A DNA stretch of 64,000 nucleotides from an uncultured Chloroflexia bacterium (GTDB lineage: Bacteria; Chloroflexota; Limnocylindria; Limnocylindrales; CSP1-4). A model generated the notes under the pieces. That model was not told where the DNA came from and ran no database searches. It worked only from the letters and a program-made list of their open reading frames with translations. This document shows, one piece after another, positions 26,356 to 35,442 of the stretch (positions within the stretch are counted from its first letter, which is position 1; each line of letters begins with the position of its first letter). The translations under genes and the position numbers were made by a program. The stretch lies in the NCBI GenBank assembly GCA_963768655.1, contig CAVYIM010000004.1, positions 352,001 through 416,000 of the forward strand, in the 5' to 3' direction.

Positions 26356-27837
26356 TCAGATGCTGGAGAGCGGTGCCGACGTTCCGAGGATGTTGCCGGA
26401 AGCGTCGCGCGCGCGAACCGCAACGAACGGTTTCGTCGTCGTCAGGGTGATTGCGGTTTCGAAGCCCGACCGCGGTGCCGTGGCCACGCTGCTCAGGTCG
26501 GCAGCGCCGGTCCCCGCCAGGACGTCCCAGGCGGCGACCTCGGTGGCTCCGTTCCAGCTGGCGTAGACCAGCAGCGATCCGCCCTGCTTCTCGAGCGCGA
26601 TCGCGGGCGCGTCCGCCGGCTGCCCGACCCACGGGAAGCGATAGTCGCGATAGGACTGCGAGGCCGCGAATGTCGAATTGATCAGCAGCTTGCCGTCGCC
26701 GCTGAACTCACTGAAATGCGGCAGGCTGCCCCAGCCGACGAACACGTCGCCGTTGGGCAGGATCTGCACGTTGCCCTGGCTCGTCGCGAACAGTCCCTGC
26801 GGCTGGGCGTATTCGCGCACGAGCGTCGCCGTCATGGCCGTCTCGTCGAGGCGCAGGACGATCGCGCGTGAGGGTCCGGGCCCGGCTCCGTCGTCGAACA
26901 GGGTGAGCGTCCCATCGGCTTGCCGGCGCGCATCGTGCTGGTAGTTGAAGGTCGTTCCGGGCCCCATGGCGAAGTCGCTGCGCTTTCCACCCAGTCGCCA
27001 TCGGATCTCGCCGCTCTGCCGATCGATCTTGTAGATCGTCGAAGTGTTCCGAGCGGAGACGAGGAGGGTTCCGTCCGTGTCGACATCGATCGAGTTGGCG
27101 TGGACGTAGTCGTAGACCGCGTTGGGCGCGGTGGGGGCGCCCACGGTCGACTCCTCGACCTCGATGTAGTCGGCGGTGTGCCACTCGAAGAGCAGAAGGC
27201 CAGTCGTGAGGTCGATCTCCTGGATGGCGCAATCCATGATCGGCCAGGGGGCGGGCGTCGCGCCTGCCGGAGACGTCGGCGCGACCGCGGCATCGGCGAA
27301 GAAGAGGGCCGTGCCGTCCGGTGTGAGCTGCAGCTCGTGGAGGTCGGCCTGCCTGCCGTTCATCGCCTGGATCCGCATGAGCTCCTGGTATGAGCTGTCG
27401 ACCACGATGTGCTCGCCCGATCCGATACCGCCGTTGTTGGACCCCTCCCACCACGTCAGCACCGGTTTGCCCTGGTAGCTGGCGACCCGCAGGTCTGTCA
27501 CGACCTGGCCGGTGCCGGGACGCTCCCAGACGAGCTCGCCCGCGTTGTCGACGATCGTCGGTCCGTTCAAATTCCCGCCATCGGCCGGAGTGAAGAAGAT
27601 GAAGCCCGGTGCGACGGCGCGCGCGGGAGTCGTCGTCTGGATGGACGGTGGGATGAGATCGGGCCGCGAGCGGTAGGTGAGGTTGGGCGTGGGCGTCGCG
27701 GCGGCCTGGAACGCGGCTGGCCAACCTCGCAACAGTTCGAGAGTCGTGACGGCCGCTCCGCCGACGGCGACGGCGCCGACCGCAATGAGCACCTGGCGCC
27801 GCGTCATCAGGCGCCCCGCCGTTGCCGGGCCGGGCAT
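26356..27837 (-). CDS. Arylsulfotransferase (ASST family), Tat-exported
   Basis: TRRQVL twin-arginine signal; DLHELQLT, YDYVHANSID, SARN, YQHDAR, SQGNVQ.LPNG, SYRDYRF.W. Confidence 0.88.
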   Translation of the reverse strand: MPGPATAGRLMTRRQVLIAVGAVAVGGAAVTTLELLRGWPAAFQAAATPTPNLTYRSRPDLIPPSIQTTTPARAVAPGFIFFTPADGGNLNGPTIVDNAGELVWERPGTGQVVTDLRVASYQGKPVLTWWEGSNNGGIGSGEHIVVDSSYQELMRIQAMNGRQADLHELQLTPDGTALFFADAAVAPTSPAGATPAPWPIMDCAIQEIDLTTGLLLFEWHTADYIEVEESTVGAPTAPNAVYDYVHANSIDVDTDGTLLVSARNTSTIYKIDRQSGEIRWRLGGKRSDFAMGPGTTFNYQHDARRQADGTLTLFDDGAGPGPSRAIVLRLDETAMTATLVREYAQPQGLFATSQGNVQILPNGDVFVGWGSLPHFSEFSGDGKLLINSTFAASQSYRDYRFPWVGQPADAPAIALEKQGGSLLVYASWNGATEVAAWDVLAGTGAADLSSVATAPRSGFETAITLTTTKPFVAVRARDASGNILGTSAPLSSI

Positions 27838-28269
27838 TCGAGCCTCCAGTGCTGTCGGCCACGCTCGCGTGGTCGGTTCGTGGACCGGAATCTGGCGTGA
27901 CTCGTCGGGGAACCGGGCGCCAGGAGCCGCCGCACCCATCCTAACGTGGAGTGCTTCCCACCCGGCCCGCCCCACCCTCGACGGACCGGGCTGCGAGACC
28001 GGGGCCCGAAGCGCGAGCCCGGGTCTTGCCGCCAGAGTCCTGCAAGCGAAGGTTTTCGGCCGCCGTGGGTTCCGGTGAAGGGCGGTCCAGGGTCCAGGCT
28101 CGACGCGAGTCAGCCTGGCTCGCCCGGGGTCGACCGAGTCCGGCGCGGCCCGGTTAGGACGAAGGGGTGCTGGGCAGAGGCTTTCAGGACACGGGCCGGG
28201 CGAAAGGCTAGTCTTGCGATAGGGGGACGCTTCTTTTGAGTGGGGGAGTAAGCGCGAGGAGGTGCTCAG

Positions 28270-29199
28270 GTGGTGCGTGTCCGCAGGCCGGTTCTAGCCG
28301 TGTTGGTAGGCGTCGCGGTCATCGTCGGTGGTTGCTCGGGCGGCAGCACCGCGTCACCCACCGAGGCCGCCGCAACGGTTGGCCCGACGCCGACCGCCGT
28401 CGCCGCGCCCACGCCCACGCCGGCCGATCCGGATGCGCTCTTCGGCCTGGGCATCGCGGAGGGTCCCGCCTGGAAGTCGTTCCACCTCAAGATCACCCTG
28501 GACGGCACCATCAAGTCCGCCTTCCTCAAGACCCTGGGCAACCGCAGCTGGGCGAACCTCAAGAGCGATGCAGTACTCGATGGCACCTCGATCGAGGGCG
28601 ACGTAGATGCCCCGGATCTGGCGTTTCAGCTGGCCATCACCGTGCCGGCGATCTCCGCCCTTGGAACCGTCCCGATCACCGGCGACGTGGTCGTCAAGAA
28701 CTCGGACCTGTATCTGAAGTTGAGCGATCTGGGAGCCAAGTACCACGAGGTCAAGCTGGGCACCATGAGCAAGGAGCTGGGTCTTCCGGTGTCGGTCCCA
28801 ACTCCGGGTGCATCAGCGCTCACGGGGCTGGCAGACATGACCGCCAGCCTGCGCAGTCAGCTCGAGGCGGACGGCGTCACGCCCAAGGTGGTCGGGGTCG
28901 ATCAGATCGGTGGCCGTGACGCATACCACATCGACCTTACGGTGCCGCTCGACAAGATCAACGCGGACCTGGCCGCGGCCACGGCCACCGAAGGCGCGAG
29001 TGTCCTGCGGGGGATCAAGATCGACTCGGTCTCGTCGGGCATCTGGATCTACGAGGACAACTACGAGCTTGCCCAGGTTCAGATCGCCGGCGCCTCGTCG
29101 AGCGTGGGCAACCTGAGCTTCACGATGACCCTGACCAACTTCGACCAGCCGGTCACGATCAACGCCCCGGCCGCGAGCGACGTTGCGGCGGGCCTGTAG
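28270..29199 (+). CDS. LppX/LprAFG-like lipoprotein
   Basis: Lipobox VIVGGC, SFHLKI, GVDQIGGRDAYHI, C-terminal LTNFDQPVTINAP. Confidence 0.7.
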   Translation: MVRVRRPVLAVLVGVAVIVGGCSGGSTASPTEAAATVGPTPTAVAAPTPTPADPDALFGLGIAEGPAWKSFHLKITLDGTIKSAFLKTLGNRSWANLKSDAVLDGTSIEGDVDAPDLAFQLAITVPAISALGTVPITGDVVVKNSDLYLKLSDLGAKYHEVKLGTMSKELGLPVSVPTPGASALTGLADMTASLRSQLEADGVTPKVVGVDQIGGRDAYHIDLTVPLDKINADLAAATATEGASVLRGIKIDSVSSGIWIYEDNYELAQVQIAGASSSVGNLSFTMTLTNFDQPVTINAPAASDVAAGL

Positions 29200-29456
29200 G
29201 CCTGCTCTCAATTCAGGCCCTCGCCGGGACGATCCGGACTGCGGCCGACCCGGCCGAGAGCGCGGGCGCCGATCGAAGACACGATCGTTGCAACGTCACG
29301 ACGCCACCATCAATTCGCCGCGATGGCCTGTGAAGAACACGGGTATTGCCTGCGGGGTCGTTGACCGGGTGGCAGCGCGCCGGCGCGTTCGCCGGTCCAG
29401 CCAGATGGCCGAGCGAAGGTCTCGAAGACGGGCCGAGAACTGATCTGGCGGGAACT

Positions 29457-30071
29457 CTATGAGAGTGTCACGCCGGGAGCGTTCTGATAGGCCGAACCCA
29501 TCATACACAGGTCATCCAGAACCAGCGCGAACAGCTCGAATAGCTCCTTCAGGCGCTGGATGTCCGTGACGAAACCGTGCGTCTCGAAACAGAGTTCGTC
29601 CACACCTGCGGGGAAACTCGAGCGGAACCAACCCGCGTCATCCTTGACCTGGAAGTGGACGTCTGTCTCAGCTTCGAGCAGGCCACGGATCCGCGGGTCC
29701 GACAGCAAGCGCCTGATTTCGGCTTCAGACGAACTCTGGACGACGAACCGAGCGTCGAAGGCGGGGTCGCCAATCGTGATGTCCTGGGCGCCGAACACTT
29801 TCCCAAGAGAGCCGAACACACCCTGGGTGTGGACATTGAACCTGAGCCCGTCGGCATTCACGTAGGGCGCCCGAAAGCGGGTGAAGATGGTCGAGGTCTT
29901 GCCCGTGCTCACGGCATACGTGTCGAGAGTGATCTGCCATTGCCCGTGCGACAGCGTTACCTTCCCCGTCCCGAGCCACCCGCCCGCTTGAAACTGGGCG
30001 CCTATTTGCTGGCTGAGTTGGGACCAGATCTCATCCTTGCTCGGTCCGAACACGTCGCGAAGTAGCCCCAT
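29457..30071 (-). CDS. Conserved hypothetical protein (DUF3137-like)
   Basis: ATG after GGAAGGG; VFGPSKDEIWSQLS, TRFRAPYVN.DG.RF, QDI.IGDP.FD..F. Confidence 0.7.
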   Translation of the reverse strand: MGLLRDVFGPSKDEIWSQLSQQIGAQFQAGGWLGTGKVTLSHGQWQITLDTYAVSTGKTSTIFTRFRAPYVNADGLRFNVHTQGVFGSLGKVFGAQDITIGDPAFDARFVVQSSSEAEIRRLLSDPRIRGLLEAETDVHFQVKDDAGWFRSSFPAGVDELCFETHGFVTDIQRLKELFELFALVLDDLCMMGSAYQNAPGVTLS

Positions 30072-30596
30072 CGTCTGTCCCTTCCATCCTGGGCACCGCC
30101 CGGAGCCTGGTGCGCGAGGAGGCGTTGCCATCGAGAGGTATAGCGGTCCCGCGACCGACTCGCAACGTCGGGTCCGAGCACACCTCCTGGCGCGTTGCTC
30201 GGCCGCTCCCGCCGCGGTACTCGTCGGATCGTCTCTTCCTGCGGCCCAGGCGCCCTTGCGCGGCGCTTACCTTCGCCGGAATCGCGGCGAAGCAGTCGAG
30301 GCCACTGTGGCTGGCAGCTCGACGATCAACCAGGAGCTCAAGGATCAGACGCGATGGACACCCGCATCAGCACCCTGCTCGCCGGTCTTCTGCTCGGAGG
30401 CGCATACGCCTTCGGCGCCGTGGCCCTCGTGTCAGCGGCCTTGTACAGCCTCGGCTGTATCGCCTTGCGGCTCCACTGGATCGGGTTCCCTCGCACCCAG
30501 AGCTGCGGCAGTGCTCCTGCCGTCCCTGACGCGGCCGCACCGACGGCTGCGAGCCGGGACGGAGTTCCGCGTGGCGAATCGAAAAGCGGCCGGGTG

Positions 30597-30622
30597 GGAA
30601 CCGCTGCCCGCGAGGCGGCGTC
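30597..30622 (+). promoter_or_regulatory. Candidate ECF sigma promoter GGAAC-N17-CGTC
   Basis: GGAAC 30597-30601 and CGTC 30619-30622, about 58 nt upstream of the SIMPL-like gene start. Confidence 0.45.
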
Positions 30623-30679
30623 AGAGCCGTGCCAGACGGTTCGAACCGAGACCGCATCACCCGATCCCAGGAGATACCA

Positions 30680-31345
30680 ATGAACTCGCACCCGAGATTC
30701 ACCCGGCCGACCAGGTCCGTGCTGACCGGCTTCTTCGTAGTCGCTATGGCAGCGCTGGCGATAGGCTGGACTGCCGGCACCGTGGCTGCGTCAAGCGGTT
30801 CGCGAGCCGCCTCGCCCACGGCCGCCCCCACGACGGTTCCCGCCGACACGTCAGGCGTCCCCGGCGTTGGCACGACGACGACCCTATCGCAGAACGCCGG
30901 CGAGGTGGCCTCGTCGGGCGGCGTGGCAAGTTCGATCGCCTACCCCGTGACCGGCTACAACTCTCTCGGGGTGGCGCCTCAGGGCACGATCCTGGCCGAG
31001 GGCACGGGCACGGCCGGCATGAAGGCAAATGGCTCCGACCAGGCGGCGGCGCTCAAGACGGCCACTGACGCGGCGTTCGCCGATGCCCACGTCCAGGCTC
31101 TCGCGGCGGCGACGTCGATGGGCGTGCAGCTGGCGGGGATCTACTCGGTCAGCATCGCGTCGAACGACAGCTACGCTTACGCGACGCCCGATTGCGTGGC
31201 CGTTCCGCCGGTGCCGGGCAACGCCACCGGTGCGAGCGCTTCGACCGGGACCGCGCCGGCGAGCACGCCCATCGTCTGCGAGCAAGCCACGCCCACCTCC
31301 GCTCAGCTCGTTGTGACCCTTATCGTCGCCTACAAGTACGCGTAG
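30680..31345 (+). CDS. Exported SIMPL (DUF541)-like protein
   Basis: AGGAG RBS, signal peptide, ALKTATDAAFADAHVQALAAA..MGVQLAGIYSVS, C-terminal VVTLIVAY. Confidence 0.65.
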   Translation: MNSHPRFTRPTRSVLTGFFVVAMAALAIGWTAGTVAASSGSRAASPTAAPTTVPADTSGVPGVGTTTTLSQNAGEVASSGGVASSIAYPVTGYNSLGVAPQGTILAEGTGTAGMKANGSDQAAALKTATDAAFADAHVQALAAATSMGVQLAGIYSVSIASNDSYAYATPDCVAVPPVPGNATGASASTGTAPASTPIVCEQATPTSAQLVVTLIVAYKYA

Positions 31346-31368
31346 GCGGGGAAGCCCGCCAGACAACC

Positions 31369-31400
31369 ACTCGCCGCCGCGGGATCCCGCGGCGGCGAGT
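31369..31400. terminator. Perfect 32-bp palindrome between convergent genes (probable bidirectional terminator)
   Basis: actcgccgccgcggga|tcccgcggcggcgagt. Confidence 0.7.
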
Positions 31401-31498
31401 CTGTATTGGCGTCGGCCGCGGCTCGGCGCGCCGGGAGGTCAGTCTTCGGCGACGAACGCGGCGTGGGCCGCTTCGATGGGGTCGCCGGGGCGGGCGGC

Positions 31499-33073
31499 TC
31501 AGTACGAGTCGATCACCTTGATCGTCGGGTCTCCCGGCCCGACCTGCCAGTTGTTGGTCGTGGAAGCCGAGTTGTTCCACGACCAGACGAGAAAGCCCCT
31601 GACACCTGCCTTGAACATGGCCGCGAGCTTGGCGTTGAAGGCGGCGGCCCTGTCGGCGAGGGTTCCGCCCACGCTGGTGGCCTTGATGCCCGACTCGCCG
31701 ACGAAGATCGGCTTGTTGAGGGCGTTGCAGGCGGCGATGTCCGACACGAGGTGGGCCGGCAGTGCCTCCGTCTCGTGACCGTAGTCGTGGTATTCGCAGA
31801 CATCGATCGTGGGGACCGAGTTGATCTTCTGATAGTCGGAGCCCTGGCTGCCGCACTGGCCGGCGCCCATGGTGCCGAGCGAGACCAGGTGGTTGGGATC
31901 GATCGACTTTATCAAGCCTGATACGTCCGCCGCGAAGTTGTAGAGATCGGAGGCGGGGGCGCAGGTCGAGGTGTTGTCGAGCTTGACCTCGGCCTCGTTC
32001 ATGAGCTGCCACATGGCGATCGTCGGATCGTTCTTGTAGCGAGAGACCACTTCCTGAACCCACTCGCGGTACGGGACGGTGTTCTGGGGCAGGATCTGCG
32101 TCTTGTATCCGCCGGTGTACCAGCTGTCCCACTTGTACTCGCTGGTCGGGCTCTCGCACGAACCCCATTGGTTGGCCAGCGTCACGATCACCTTGACGCC
32201 GTGAGCCCTGGCAACGGCCAGGGTGTGGTCGAAGGCGCTCCAGTCGCGCTGCCCGTTGGTCGTGGCCAGGCGCTGGAAGAACCAAGCCCGGATGACCTCA
32301 GTCCCCGAACCGATGTCCGTCAGGGCCGTGTCGAGCGCGCTGCCGGTGCCCATCGTGTACGAACAATTGGAGCGGCTGTTGGCCTGGTAGATGTTGAACC
32401 CGGTGAACACGAAGGGCTTGCCACCCAGGGTCAACTGTGTGCCCGATCGGCCGACGAAGCCGGTGGGCAGAGGCGTCGGGGCGGGAGCGGCCGTGACGCT
32501 GGGTGCCGCGGTGGTCGTCGGCGCCGGGCTGGCAGTCGGCTTGGCAGTCGGGCTGGCCGTCGGCTTGGCAGTCGGGCTGGCCGTCGGCTTGGCAGTCGGC
32601 TTGGCGGTCGGGCTGGCTGCCGGCGTCGTTCCGCCTTCGGCGACCGTGAAGGTAGTCGTCAGGGTCGACGTCGTGGCCGATGTCTCGAAGCTGACGGTGA
32701 TCGAGTGTGCGCCCTGGGCGACCTTGGTCGTATCCCACGGCTTCGCCTTGCCGGCGGAATCCGTGCCGGCGAAATCGATGGGCGCGGAGTTCTCGACGTG
32801 CGTCGCCGTTCCACTCATGTCCGTGTCGTCTAGCCAGAAGCTGGCCTTCTTCACGCCGTCGCCCGGCGACAGGAAGATGTAGACGCTGCCGCCGATCCGG
32901 GCGCCCGACAGGGCCACGGCCCCGCTTCGGTCCGACGATCCGGAAACCACAAGGGCGTAGCTGGTGCTCGTGGCTGCCTGGACGATGACCGGGATCAGCA
33001 GCGCTAGGACAAGGCCGACGAGAAGGAACAGGCGCAGCCGGCCGACATGCGGCGTTCGAGAGGTTGGAACCAT
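31499..33073 (-). CDS. Secreted GH5 glycoside hydrolase (mannanase-like) with N-terminal Ig-like domain and PTAK/PTAS linker
   Basis: Signal peptide; FVFTGFNIY, VIRAWFF, RYKNDPTIAMWQLMNEAE (acid/base), EYHDY, PIFVGESG (nucleophile). Confidence 0.88.
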   Translation of the reverse strand: MVPTSRTPHVGRLRLFLLVGLVLALLIPVIVQAATSTSYALVVSGSSDRSGAVALSGARIGGSVYIFLSPGDGVKKASFWLDDTDMSGTATHVENSAPIDFAGTDSAGKAKPWDTTKVAQGAHSITVSFETSATTSTLTTTFTVAEGGTTPAASPTAKPTAKPTASPTAKPTASPTAKPTASPAPTTTAAPSVTAAPAPTPLPTGFVGRSGTQLTLGGKPFVFTGFNIYQANSRSNCSYTMGTGSALDTALTDIGSGTEVIRAWFFQRLATTNGQRDWSAFDHTLAVARAHGVKVIVTLANQWGSCESPTSEYKWDSWYTGGYKTQILPQNTVPYREWVQEVVSRYKNDPTIAMWQLMNEAEVKLDNTSTCAPASDLYNFAADVSGLIKSIDPNHLVSLGTMGAGQCGSQGSDYQKINSVPTIDVCEYHDYGHETEALPAHLVSDIAACNALNKPIFVGESGIKATSVGGTLADRAAAFNAKLAAMFKAGVRGFLVWSWNNSASTTNNWQVGPGDPTIKVIDSY

Positions 33074-33542
33074 GTCGTATCTCCGAGAGGCCCGTGGACG
33101 GTACGGGCACGCTTGATCCGTTGGGGCGGCGTGGCGTGGGGGCGGTTTCAACCGTAGACGGCTGACGGGAGCCGCCGACATGGCCTAATGGGGCTTCCGA
33201 AAGGTCGCCCGAAGGTCATCGCCTTAAGGTGGCCCGTTGGGACCACAAGGCGAGTCGATGCTATCGCCCCGCACAACCCCGCGGAAGAGAGGGGACGGGC
33301 CCGCAAAGTCCGTCTGGTGCGCGGGCCAGTCCCGCCGTCTCACGGCTCGACCCGTCGATTGACGCGGCTCATCGACACGCCGGAGTCTTGCCGGGCGGGT
33401 TCTCGCTGCTGCCCCAGGAGACCCGATCGGCTCAGTCGTCCCATTGCCGCGTGGCTCACTCTCGATCGGGGTACCCCTTGCTCAAGACCGCCCTCTGGCC
33501 TCTCTGTACCGAAACCGCATTCGCCGCCGATGGGGGTCTGTC

Positions 33543-35357
33543 GTGAGCGCGGACGCGGTCATCCACGGGGAATCGGACGGCGCTGTCGTGGCACCGTCGC
33601 GCGCCGCGGTGCCCGGCCTCCGCCACCCCGAGTCAGGTGTGGTGGCAGTGGACGGGCAGGCGGGAAGCCTGATGGCGTGGCTTCGGCGCCGCGTTCGGTC
33701 GGGCCGCGTTGCCCTGGCTCTCAGCCGCCCCAGCGAGCGGCTGGTCGTCACGGGTCTGGCCTGGGTTGCGTACATGGCCATTGCCGTGGTCGTGGTTGTC
33801 GTGGACCACAGCATCATCGGCGACGCCTGGAGCCGGGTTGCCAATGCTTACTACGTTCTTTACAGCCGCGATCCCCATCTGGCCGCCATGGGGTTCGTTT
33901 GGAACCCGCTGCCGTCGATTGCGGTTCTGCCGCTGCTCCCTTTGAAGGCCATCTGGCCCGACATGGTGGCCACCGGATTCGCCGGGAGCATCGTGTCGGC
34001 TTTGTGCATGGCCGGCGCGGTCTGGGAGATCCACGGCATCGCGCTCGACTGGAACGTCCGGCGATCGGCAAGGCTGCTGACGACTGTGCTTTTCGCCTTC
34101 AACCCGATGATCCTGTACTACGGCGCCAACGGCATGAGCGAGGCGATGTTCATCGTCACCCTCGTGCTGAGCGTGCGCTATCTCGCTCGCTGGGCGAAGG
34201 ACGGCCAGACCGTTTCGCTCGTGGTCGCGGCGCTCGCCCTGGCGGCCGGGTACATGGCCCGCTATGAAGCGGCCGTGGCCGCCATAGGCGCCTTCGAGGT
34301 GGTCGTCATCGTGTCGGCGCTGCGCAGGAGCGGCGATGCCCGCGACAGGATCGGCGAAGGCCTCGCCGACGCGGCGGTCCTGGCGGCTCCGTTCGCGACC
34401 GTCTTCATTGCGTGGGCGCTGGCCAGCTGGCTGATCGTGGGCGATCCGTTCCAGCAGTTCACGTCCGTGTACGGAGTCGTGTCGCAGCTGGCCGTCGCGC
34501 AATCGAGCGTTGCCCAGCAGACCGGCCAGGGGACGGCTTCGGCCTACACGTGGGTCTTGCGCCAGATCGTCGGGCTCGAGCCGGGCATCCTCATCCTCGG
34601 TCTGCTCGGTCTGATGGTCACGTTCCGCGGGAGGTGGGGATTGACGATGCCGGCGGTGGCGATTCTGGGCGGGGTAGTCGCCTTCGCGGTGTTCGGGTTC
34701 CTCACCGGACGAACGCTCGGCTGGCTGCGCTACTCGATCACCGTTATCCCACTGGCATCGATCCTTGCCCTGGCGATCCTGGCGCCCAATCCGGAGCGCG
34801 TGATGGAGTCTCGGCGCCGGGTCTGGCGCTATCGCGCCATCACCAGCCGGGCCATGGGGTTAGTGGCCGTCGCCGTGGTGGCCCTGGCAGTCCCGATAGG
34901 GGCCATGACGATGCTCGATCCGAGCCAGAACCCGGCCTACGGCGGGGAGGCTTTCCAGCTCCGGCCGATTCTCTTCCCGAACGGACCGCTCGCCACGATC
35001 AATCCATTCGGCCAGTACGACGTCGGTCGCCTGGCGGCCACCTACCTCGACGGCCTGCGCCTGGGCAACGGCAGCGTCCTCGTGGATGGCGCCATGGGTT
35101 TCCCCATCATCCTGGAATCCGACAACCCCACCCAGTTCATCACGACGTCGGATCGCGACTTCCAGGAGGCTCTCCTGGATCCGCCCACCTTCGGAGTGAA
35201 GTACCTGCTCGTGCCCGAAGACGTCGGCTACCAGAGCCTCGACGCGATCAACCGGGCCTACCCGGGAATCTACGAGACGGGCGCCGGAATCGCCCAGCTC
35301 GTCCAGGAGTTTTCCGCCGGCGGCAACAACTGGCGGTTGTACCAGGTAACACAGTGA
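33543..35357 (+). CDS. GT-C fold (GT39/PMT-like) membrane glycosyltransferase
   Basis: IIGDAWSRVANA, FVWNPLP, NPMILYYGANGMSEA, ARYEA, about 11 TM helices and an external C-terminal domain. Confidence 0.8.
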   Translation: MSADAVIHGESDGAVVAPSRAAVPGLRHPESGVVAVDGQAGSLMAWLRRRVRSGRVALALSRPSERLVVTGLAWVAYMAIAVVVVVVDHSIIGDAWSRVANAYYVLYSRDPHLAAMGFVWNPLPSIAVLPLLPLKAIWPDMVATGFAGSIVSALCMAGAVWEIHGIALDWNVRRSARLLTTVLFAFNPMILYYGANGMSEAMFIVTLVLSVRYLARWAKDGQTVSLVVAALALAAGYMARYEAAVAAIGAFEVVVIVSALRRSGDARDRIGEGLADAAVLAAPFATVFIAWALASWLIVGDPFQQFTSVYGVVSQLAVAQSSVAQQTGQGTASAYTWVLRQIVGLEPGILILGLLGLMVTFRGRWGLTMPAVAILGGVVAFAVFGFLTGRTLGWLRYSITVIPLASILALAILAPNPERVMESRRRVWRYRAITSRAMGLVAVAVVALAVPIGAMTMLDPSQNPAYGGEAFQLRPILFPNGPLATINPFGQYDVGRLAATYLDGLRLGNGSVLVDGAMGFPIILESDNPTQFITTSDRDFQEALLDPPTFGVKYLLVPEDVGYQSLDAINRAYPGIYETGAGIAQLVQEFSAGGNNWRLYQVTQ

Positions 35358-35442
35358 TCTGGTCGCACGCCTTTCCGGGCGGTCGAGCCAGTGAGTCGAG
35401 CTTGCCGCTGGTTGGCGGTCCCGTGCGCTGGAGGAGTATTCC

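Noticed and set aside
33074-33330. c-di-AMP or c-di-GMP riboswitch upstream of the GH5/GT-C genes
   Set aside because: Only short fragments (cccgtcagc, GAAA, GCAAAG) match; the conserved cores and pairing are not found.
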